Shown here: in pieces, positions 51,504-61,440 of the stretch
Numbering within the stretch: the first letter of the stretch is position 1
Layout: each line of letters begins with the position of its first letter
The notes under the pieces: model-generated
Database searches by the model: none
Told to the model about the DNA's origin: nothing
The model's input: the letters and a program-made list of their open reading frames with translations, nothing else
From: Lama guanicoe
Lineage: Eukaryota
Length of the DNA: 64,000 nt
Assembly: GCA_013239625.1 (NCBI GenBank)
Contig: MU054220.1
Span: 2,417,374-2,481,373 of the forward strand
Direction: 5' to 3'
Program-made: the position numbers and the translations under genes

Positions 51504-53652
51504 GTGAGTGGCTCAAGGGGGCTGGCGGGGTGAGGGGCTCAGGGGGTCATCCAGGCGGAGGACTGGAGTCACCAGCATTCGCCAGTGGATCTGACCAGTG
51601 AGGTGGGGTCTTCTGTATGGGAAATCTGAATCCTGCTGAGCCTGCCTCATTCTCAGTGTCATTCCTTAAAAGGGTCCTTTTAACCTACGGGATATTAAGA
51701 TTAGCTCTGCATTCCAGAAATCTTCGAAAGACTGGTCTGATTATTATGTCTTCTTAAATCTAAAGCAGTCATGTTGTGGGTATTTTTGCCTCTTTGTTTT
51801 CCCTTGTTCTTTGGTTTCCTAGTGATAGTAAAGTTTCCCTGCAGGCAAAAGCATAGATATCAAAGATTGTTTTCTAAATCTTTCTTTGAAAAATTCAACA
51901 GGTGGTCTTGCGTTTGTGTAAATGCCATAGACATTAACTTAGGAAATAAAATTGGAAATAGAGTATTGCTAAAGCCCTAATTTGTCAAGCCACTGATCTC
52001 TGACAGCCTGGCTCTGTCTGTGTCCTGCCTACTTTCCTTTGGCATGGGGCTCTGGTTCATAATAGTGAAGGCAGATTGAAAAGCTCAATTTAAAATCAAG
52101 ATGGGTATTAATTGGTCTTGAAGTAGTGGGGTAGGAGGGGGCAGGAAGCCAAAGCATCTCTGTCTTAAGTCCTGATGACACCCCTTCCCCTTCCTCTAGC
52201 TTTTTGGAGGGTGGAGGTCTATTTAGACAGTCTTCACTCAAAGCCCTGGGCGTCAGCCGAGGTCTGTCATCAATTTCCAGACCCAGCCAGGTGGGGAGTG
52301 TGAAACTCTGCACTTCAGTGCAGATCAGGCTGATTGCTGCGTGTGCCACTGCAGGGTTCCAGCTGACTAAATACCACTTCTGCCTCCAGGCTGTCGTAAT
52401 GCCGTCCTTCACTTGGTGCGGAGTCTTCTCCGAGGGTGTTCTGCAAATCACAGAGCATGCATGGTGTGACTGGTCTGGTAGGGTCTCTTTGATAGGGCCC
52501 TTGGTGATTTTTCCCAAAGTATGTATTTGGGTCAGTTTTTGTGGCTTGGTAGGTGACTGGTGTTTGAGCCCTTGTCAGCTGAGCTAGGTCGATGGCCCAA
52601 GAGAAGGAGAACCTGGTTCTGAGGGCAGCTTTTTCATCCCACCTTGAATTTTCAGAGTCCCTTCCAAAGATTTGAGGCTGCTCCCTGAGCCTGACCTAGT
52701 CAAGCAGCTCTTGCTGCTGGGAGACTGCTTGGTTCTGCCGGCCGCACTCGCTTCAATCTCCGTCCACAGAGCCGCTTTCACTAGCTCTTTGTGCCTTTCC
52801 AGAACACAGCCTGCTTCTTTCATGGCTGTGCCACTGATAGTCCAGATGCCTGATCTGTCCGTTGCTGCCCTTCCCCCTGGCCTGTCCATAGTCCCAGGGT
52901 CAGTCTGCCCTGAACTATTTCTTTTTCCCCAAAGCACATTAGCCTGATTGTCTTATCTCTTCCTCTTTTCTTAGGAATACATAAGAGGAATCTAACAGGC
53001 ATCTTCTCCAAAACTAGGAGAGAATTCTGGGTAATTTTACTCTTACCAACACTGTAGTTACAGACTTCTTCTTTCCCTGTTTTTCCAAGACATCCTTCCT
53101 CAGCACTGTTGTCTCGTCTGTGGCTCCAGCCACTCACCTTTGTTCCAACCAAACTCACAGCCCCGTCCCCTGGAGAATCTTTACTCATAGTTTGTCGTGG
53201 GCCCACAAAGGCTTTTATGTCTAAAACCCCAGCCTACATACTTGGTGTGAGTCACAGACACCTCAGCCAAACATGAAGCTGGCTTTGGCCTCTCTTTTCT
53301 CCCCATATGTTGTCTTCAGCATCCAGAGTCTCAGCAGGCTGGAGCCATCTTGGGCTGCCTGGGGAGCTCTCTTCCCCACCAGCAGCTCAAGGCTCTTCCA
53401 TGATGAGATAGCACGAGTGTCTGACACAGTGCACAGCATCCCATCACAGACCAAGTTGTGTTGGACTCAGAGGGAGCGACTTGAGCCTGCCTTTTAGATG
53501 TTGCTGTTTTTCCTGATTTCTTGGGTTGTGTTAACAAATGCCTCAAACGTTAGGGCCAATATCTAAGGGTACCATATAAATTAAGATGGACACGACTTTG
53601 TCCCAAGTTGTTCAAAGCTTCTCTAGTTCTCAGGCCCCTTCATATCTATACA

Positions 53653-53680
53653 GTTTGTTTGTTTGTTTGTTTGTTTGTTT
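53653..53680. repeat. (GTTT)7 microsatellite
   Basis: Directly visible perfect tetranucleotide run. Confidence 0.95.
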
Positions 53681-56600
53681 TTTCCTTTAGGCAGGAAATA
53701 CTAGAACAATATTCAGGTAAGTAAGCTAAGACTCACCCAAGGCCTCCCAGCAGATCAGTGACAGAATTAGCTTCCTAACTTTCTGATTGGTAGTTCTTTC
53801 CTCCAGCGGGTTCTGAAACCTTTTTTTTTTTTTTTCCGTCAAAAACCCCTTTAAAATTCCAATGAAAGCAACATACTCTCTTCCACAGAAAAACATACCA
53901 CAAGAGCACGCATGTAATTTTGTAACTCTTTTAAGACCTCAGGTGAAGAACACGGTTCTAGATCACTCTGAGGCATTTAAGGGTCAGGTGATTGATGCAG
54001 TGGGAAAAGAGACAGGATAAGAATGAACGTTTACGTATTTCAAACAATCTGTGATTGGTCTCTGGCCTAGAATGAGAGGGACAAATAAACAGGGAAGTAG
54101 AAGCTCAGGGTTGTGGTCTCTTAAGTAATCAGCTGCTTGAGGCCTGCTGCCTGGCCCGCTTTGTGTGATGCGGCTCCCTCACACCCGATCCCAAGGGCAT
54201 GCAGGCCAGCTGGGACGAGATTACAGCCCTCCCTCCAGAACAGGTGTTTGTCTGCCTTTGTCTCAGGCACAGGCAGCTGCACCACATTTTGTGCTTTCAG
54301 TCCTCTTCTTGATCTCCCCTCCATTGTCTTAGCCTCAGCACTGTCTCCAAGCACAAAGACAGAAGTAATAGGCTCCTTGGGCATCTCTTGATGGTACTAA
54401 AACCTCACTTGACAGTAGAAAAAGGCCTCAGGAAACACTCTGTTTCTCCAGGCAAATTCTTAGGATAGGTAAAGAGATGAACCACTAGCTCTTCAGCCCC
54501 TGTACAAAGCCAGTACAGTAGATGATGGCCCAGCCACCCACCCTTCCTAGCAGAAAGGTGCTCCTTTCTCCTTTGCTTTACTTCCTAACCTGCCACTCCT
54601 TCCAAGCTGCTACAGTGCCTCTGGCTGACCGCTAGTCAAGCCAAACTCCCACCAATAACCATAGTGGATGAGAAGTACCAGATTGATAGAGGAGGTGCCT
54701 GCTCATTTCTGGCTTCATAGGTCAGCCGTACAAATGGAGGTTGGGGGGCAGGTGTTGCTGGGAAGACCACTGCTTTTCAGAGTCAGCTCAGAAGACAGAA
54801 TTCAGAGACTCATGTCAGAAGAAAAGTGGGCTGAGACCATGGGGCATCTGGGCCTTTGGCTGAGTATAGGACACCTGTTAAGGCCCTAGCTCTGTCCTTT
54901 AAGAGGGAGCTAACACTGTAAGTGGTGATTTTAATCAAGCATTACCTATCAGCCAGGGAAGGCACACCTCTGAGTCAAAAGGGGAGCGGCAGAGACTGCA
55001 CTTTGCAGGCTGACCCACAATAGCCAGCTGCCAACCGTTTCCCACATTACAGAGATGGGGGAGGTAAACACTGGTCTTGGAAACAGTTCTTTCCAAGGAG
55101 AGAGCTGTGTGGTCAAAGCCTCTGCAGCCATGTTCCTGATAGATGAAAAAGGAATGCTCTCAAAAGTAACACTCCCTAGAAGTTGGGATGTTCAGGGTCC
55201 GAGTTCTGAGTGAAAGTGTTGTCACCACCAGGGAAGCCAGGCGGGCTCTCAGCTGTGTTTGGGGAGCCCTGAGGGTTCCAGTTGTGTAGGAGTCATTGGG
55301 CCAAGCCCAGAAGCACAGCTCACAAAGGCTGCTGAAAGAAGCCAGGTGCTGAATGGAAGTCTGTTTGAAAAAGCTGACCCCAATTGGCTTTCTCATTCTT
55401 CTCTATTCCTCTGTGTGTTTGTCTAGCTTCCAAGAAGAACCTAGAGCAAACAGTGGTGACTCATTCATCTTCCCTAATGCCCAAGGAGGAAGGAGATGGT
55501 TGGGACCATTCTTTAGCTTACAGATGCAAATCAATGATACTGGGTTTTGAAGACTAAGAGTTTCAGTAGCCAGAGAGGGTGTCTTCAACTCTGTTCTTTG
55601 GCATAGTATGTGGAATTCCAACCAAATCTGTGAGCATGTTGTAGTCAAGTTGGTCTGACCACAGAAGGTAGAACAAACCATGGCTAGAACTGGACCTGTT
55701 GGTGGGAAGCAGAGAGGATTGGGGTCTGGCGGAGAATGGGGCAGCACACGGATAGTTTCCGTCACCCTGTTCTGTTTGGCAATTGCCCTCGTCAGTAAAT
55801 GGGTGGAGTTCACAGTGTGGAGCTGATGCCACATGCTGTCAGAGAGTGTTTGAGCACTTTGGCCATCAGCATCATGGTGGCAGTGGCACCTCAGAGAGTA
55901 TGCCTTCAGCTGGCATCTTTTCTGAGATGGAAAGGAAGGTGCTTGGTCATTCAGTACATGGTTTGGTATTGGTTTGGTGAGAACAGTTTGTTGTCACTAA
56001 CCACTCCTGGTTAATAAGAGTTACAGAGGAGGGATTTGGCGAGGACCCACATGGTATTGCCACCTGTCAATAAATCTTGACAAGTTTGTAAATCAGAGGC
56101 TCTCTGGCAGCTGGCTTCAAGTGGTGCCTCATGCAGCCAGGATTTGCTCATCAAAAATTGCGGAGGTTGCTTTGTTTGGGGGGGGGGCTCTCTGCTATTG
56201 ACTTCTGGCCATTTGGCTTCTTCCCTAACATTAGATCTCTTCTCACCTTTGCCCTCCAGTGCCCTTGTTCTTCTCAGGCAACCCCCACAAAAATAGCTGA
56301 GTATTCGGAAGAGGAAGGAAATGCTACCTTTTTAGAGGGCTCATCTGAAAAAAGATCACACCAAATCTGCACTTTGTGAGGAGCTGGGAGGGGTTTAGTC
56401 CAGATCAGGGGAAGGGAGAGCACTTTTGTTTGGCTATGGCTCTTTCCCACAGGCAAAGCCCAGTCCCCAGAATCTCATTGACCCTCTAGGGACGGATTTG
56501 GGGGCTCAGTGCCCAGGCCCCGTTCCTTTCACCTGAGGTAGCATAGCCTCCTACTCACAGCTGCTCATCATGCAGGCCCCGCTGGATCCCTGTACTGTCT

Positions 56601-56773
56601 AACCTCACATTTATGAATGAATCCCCCTCCATGACCCCCTCACAACTCATCTTTTCCTGGCTAATCCTTACAGCCCACTGACTTTCATTTGTTTGTTCTT
56701 TATTAAAGAAGTTCTGTCATTAAAGGACAGTGACCTAGGCCTCTAAGTTTAAAAGCTGGCTTTCGTTGGAGCT

Positions 56774-57134
56774 TGGCTTAGTCTGCTTGAGCAGCCGTAA
56801 CAGAATACCATAGACTGGCTAGCTTAATCAACAGATATGTATTTTCTCACAGTTCTGGAAGCTGAAAGTCTGAGATTGGAAGCCAGCGTGGTTGAGTTCT
56901 GGTGAGGACTCCTTTCCTGGCTTGCGGATGGCCACCTTCTAACTTTGTCCTCCCATGGTAGAGAAAGATGATAGATCCCTCTCTTCCTCTCCTTACAAAG
57001 CCAGAGTCCTTTCGGATTAGGGCCATACTCTTAGGACCTCACTTAACCTCCTAAAGACTCTATCTCCAGATGCAGTCACATTGGGAGTAGGGTTTCAACA
57101 TATGAATTGGGGGGACACAATTCAGTCTGTAGCA
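56774..57134 (-). mobile_element. Solo MaLR LTR (MLT1A/B-like)
   Basis: cttagtctgcttgagcagccgtaacagaataccatagactgg...ttctcacagttctggaagctg...ggggacacaattcagtctgtagca. 5-bp TSD gagct/gagtt. Confidence 0.85.
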
Positions 57135-58304
57135 GAGTTCTCTAAGCATATGTGCACGCCCTGCCCCACTTAGGAGCAGAGCCGGCTATTTTGAGCATCT
57201 CTTACAATCTCTTCGTAGACACTGGAGTTCTAATCAAAGGGCTCAATCAAAGACACCTCTTTCCCAATTCCTATCCGCCTGTGTTCACCACCGTCAGCAG
57301 CACCACACCCTCAGCTGTGGTGATTGGTGCTAGGTAACATCTCTTCCAGTGGGGAATCTTTAAAAGCAAAGCTGTCTTGTGTTTTGAGACCCAGCCAGGA
57401 TTGCCGCGTGAGATGGCACATGAGTATAGAAAGATGACAGGCCACTGCTTCCCTTCTGGCAGCTGTGCCCACGTGGGATTGGAAGGAACTGCTTGATACT
57501 CCGTTGCAGGGAAAGAAGGAACCAAGGAAAGGTTGGCTGCCCAGAGAACCTGATGGACAGAAACTCTTCTCTGTGCTGTCAGCAGTCCAGCGCATCCCTG
57601 TTGGAGTTTCCCTCCTTCCTCCCTCAGGAGTTTGTGAGTGCTCACGGGGTTGTCTGCAGCTCTGCGAGCACTTCTCTCAGTGTCTTGTCCCGCCCGCCTG
57701 GCAGAGGAGACTCTAGAGTCAGAATAGAAAGAGATGTGGGCCACTCTGGCTCAGCGGGAGATTTTCTACTTAGACTTCCTCCAGGCAAAGTAAGAATGTC
57801 AAGGTGCCCTCATTTTCCTTTCTCCCAGGCCCATGGCTGTAGGGGAGACCAGGTGGTGAGAGCCTGCACTCTGTTTCTGAACACCAAGCCCGCCCTTTAA
57901 ACAGGGCCATAGTGACACCCTGTATCTCCAGAGCCTTTCTGGCCTCTCATGTGCCGTCTTAGCTGCTTTCTTATATGTCTGAAGAACACTAAGAACCCAC
58001 TGCCTGTGTCTGGCATGTCTATCTGTTAGCTCTCTCTTAGCCCCAGAGAGGAGCCAGTTAGGCTTTGGGGAAAGGAAGAGGCTAAAACCACCACTCCAGC
58101 CACTGGGGCTGTTGGAGAGTCATCCAGTCTGCTCCACACTGAGCATCCTGATGCAGGAGTATCTCTGGTCCTGGTCTCAGCCCAGCCCCAGGAGAGGAAG
58201 GACTGCCTGGCCAGTCCACAAAGCCCCGGAATTGCAAGGAGTTCTGGCCATTCCTTCTGATGCCTTCTACCTTTTCTCCTCCACCCTTCCCACCTAATTT
58301 ACAG

Positions 58305-58397
58305 GGCCTTAAACTCTGGCGTTGAGTACTACTGGGACCAGCTGAACGAGACTGTCTTCACTGTCCACTCCAGCAGCCGGAGCAGTGAGAGGCCAGG
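58305..58397 (+). CDS. AMBRA1: AMBRA1 internal coding exon E (93 nt, phase 2-2); carries the LIR motif WDQL (58333-58344)
   Basis: Acceptor ccttttctcctccacccttcccacctaatttacAG| and donor CCAGG|GTGAGT. Translates (E)[30 protein letters not shown](G). Not present in the ORF track. Confidence 0.96.
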
Positions 58398-59662
58398 GTG
58401 AGTTGGTGAAGGAGGAGGGGCTCCACTGGCTGGAGGCCCGCCCTCTTGCCTCCTGTGGGCTCTGGAGCAGTGCCCTCAGACTGTGCTCTGGGGCTCTGTG
58501 GGTTCCTGTCCTCAACCAGAGCAGCTTTTCTTTGATCTGCTTCATGCATTGAGCTTTTGCACACGATTTCATTCGAGGAAAGTGTTTCATGGCTAAGAAA
58601 GAGAACAAAACCTCTGCTATCTGAGTCTTGATTTGAGACAAGCTGGTATGCTGCCCCCCACCCCCACCCCAAGTCCTGGCCATGGTATCTGGGTGCACTG
58701 GGGTGAGGAGAGAAGACAAGGCACTGGAGGGGGATGTGCTCCCTTGGAAGTTGCTCATGGGCCATCTCCCACGTGAGAGCTACAGCTGAGGGACAAACCC
58801 TCCCCAGAGGCCACTTGGAGAGTAAGAACCTGGTACTGATCCTCTTATCACTTAATTCATTAATGAAGACTGGGGCATCCTGAGGAAACAAAATGCTGGG
58901 TTGACTATAAAGGCAAGGCAATCCACTGCTTCCTCAAGGAAGTACAGGGCACAGCTGGAGGAGTAATCCAGAAGCAGCTAGAAATATGAATGGCTGGTGA
59001 CCACCTTGAAAGTCCTGGGCTCCCTCTGCTGCCAGCTCCAGCTGTTCTGAGGATCACCGCCTGGGAAATGCCCAAGGAATAGAGGGTAAAGCTTTTGGCC
59101 TGGGCCTTACCCATGGGGCAGCCTTGTGCTCCCTGCCTTCAAGGGTCTATTTTTAGGAGGCCCTGAGGGAGGATCCCAGAACAGCCTCATAAGAGTCCTG
59201 GTGCCTTTCCTCCAAAGTGGAGATTAAGTGGAAAGTCCCAAGAATTTAAACTGGAGTCTTGTCAGCATAGAGTTAGAATGTAGGAAAAGCTAAAGAGGAA
59301 AGACCTTCTTCCACTGCTCAGCCTTTGTCCATGGAGCTCAGCTAGTGGTTTCCTGAATCTAAGTTTAAGAGACTTTTAAGATTAGCCATCTCTACCTCCC
59401 CAGAAAGGTCCTCATTTAAGGAAGTGACTGGACCAACTGGGTTTGCAAAATTGGAGGTTCTGAAGCCTCCTTTCATTGTCCCAGGGAATGGGCTGATCTG
59501 AAGGAGAAAGGACGCAAATTCACTGCCATCGGGAGGCGGCCATAGGAGTACAGGGCTTCTCTTCCCAGCCTGCAGGCCCTGGTCCAGGCTGTGCCCTGAA
59601 GAGCTCTGTGGGGGGTGCTGTCCCAAGCCCTGCCTGACTCCAGTCTGCCTTTCTCTCCCTAG

Positions 59663-59856
59663 AACCAGCAGAGCCACATGGAGGACAGATAGAGACATGG
59701 GACTGATGAATGCAATTGGGCTGCAGCCCCGGAACCCCACCACCTCAGTGACATCTCAGGGCACCCAGACTCTGGCCCTTCAGCTGCAGAATGCCGAAAC
59801 ACAGACAGAGAGGGAGATACAGGAGCCAGGGACAGCAGCTTCGGGTCCTGGTGAAG
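59663..59856 (+). CDS. AMBRA1: AMBRA1 internal coding exon F (194 nt, phase 2-1); two TQT DYNLL1/LC8-binding motifs (59763-59771, 59799-59807)
   Basis: Acceptor tctgcctttctctccctAG| and donor GAAG|GTAGGA. Translates (G)[64 protein letters not shown](G). Confidence 0.96.
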
Positions 59857-61004
59857 GTAGGAGCCATGTAATGCCAGAGGGGAAATAAGGCTGAGGGGTG
59901 GGCAGTTGGGACCATTGTCACCCCTCCCTAAGGCTCCCAGCCAGTGCACACAGACAGGTGGTGCTGGGAGAATGCCACTCCAGTCAGGGTGAGTACCCCC
60001 TCACGTGGTGGCGCTGAGTCTCTTCAGGTAGGAACATCATTTCCCTGGTCTGGGTCACAGTTCCAGTTAACTGAGCTTTCTTACAGCTTTGCTCAGCCCC
60101 CACCAAGGACCCTGACCTCATTATCCTCTAAAACTTGGAGGGCCCAGGTTGTTTTTCCACAGAGAGACCACAGAAAGTCACCTTGATAGAAAAGGCCACA
60201 AGAGAGACTGCTGTGAGCTCTCCTTCCAGAAACTCGCACCTCGGGCTCCCAGGGCCACCCCACAGGTTAGCTTGTCTTCGCTGACTAGCTGGCGGATTCG
60301 GGACTGCCACAGGTGGGGCCCTCACATGCCTGTGGTCCATCACCATCTTGGCTGCAAGCCGGCACACAATCAGCCTCTTCCTCTCCCCTGGTGCAGGCGT
60401 GGCTCAGCCAGCCTGGCCCTGGCGCTTTGTGCCGGCCTCGTTGCTAAGAACCAATTAGCACTTCCCAGCGGTAGTGCTTGAGCCCCTTTGGAGTCTGTCA
60501 GCAGCTGTGTTAAATAGGCTGTTCTCGCTCAGTTGCTCTCCTTACCCCCTACTCCAGCCCCTGGCTGCTCCAGACTCCAACAAGGCAGCCTCCAAACAGA
60601 CATGCATTTTCTAGGTCTACGTTAAACCATTTGCTCAAGAGAGACCACGAGAAGAAAAGACACAGTGTGCACCGTGCAAAGAGTAACAAATCTGCCTGTG
60701 TCACCTCCAGGGAACAGCTTTCTCTATCACAGCCCTACCACTGGGCACTGTCCCCATTGCTGCCATAAACTGACATTTTTTTACAGTTAAGCCCCTTTTT
60801 GGTCTGTGGCCCAGGCCACTTACAACTGAGGCCCATTACTCTGTTGGATGGAAGCCTCTTGGTGTGAACATAGCAGCTGGCAGTGCCGCCTGGAGAAGCC
60901 CGGTGCAGCTCCAGGCTTCGCTGAGCAGGAGAGAGCTGAAGCCCATCCATCCAGCCCCAGGCAGAAGTCTGAGGCGGCCAGGTCTGGTGTGATCTCATAG
61001 CCAT

Positions 61005-61440
61005 TTACTGATTATCTAGTATGTATCTGCGCTGTGGCTGCAAAAACAAATGGCCTTGGTCTTTCCCCAAGGAACTAGAAGTCTAGAGAGGGAGGCAGAC
61101 ACCCAGCAGATAAGTTACTTAGTGTGATAAGGACCTCGGGGCACAGAGGAGGTGGGGCTCGGGGAAGACTTCTGGAGGAGGTGACCTGTGCTGAGCCTTC
61201 AAAGATAAGTAGGAAAGTGTCAGGCAAAGTGGGAGGGGGATGGGAGGGGGCAGGCATTCCTGGCAGAGGGCATAGTACCTGCAAGGACACCAAGTTCAAA
61301 AACATTACACTCTGCACCAAGAACCACTAGCGGATTCATGTTCGTGGTCTGTCAGCTCATGTTGAGAACTGAGGCTGGATGAGCAGGGAAGGCAGATTAC
61401 AGGACCTGGGTCAGGAGGAAGGCCTTCACCCTGGAGGTGA
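61005..61440 (-). mobile_element. L2 fragment
   Basis: catttactga...ggaagacttctggaggaggtgacctgtgctgagccttc...gcattcctggcagagggcatagtacctgcaagg. Confidence 0.65.

Noticed and set aside
59845..59862. Possible tandem donor CTG|GTGAAG 6 nt upstream of the exon F donor
   Set aside because: Poor match to U1; the downstream AAG|GTAGGA reproduces the known protein.
59998..60017. CTCF-like motif TCACGTGGTGGCGCT (and another near 60880-60897 on the minus strand)
   Set aside because: Several core mismatches; not supportable without PWM scoring or ChIP data.
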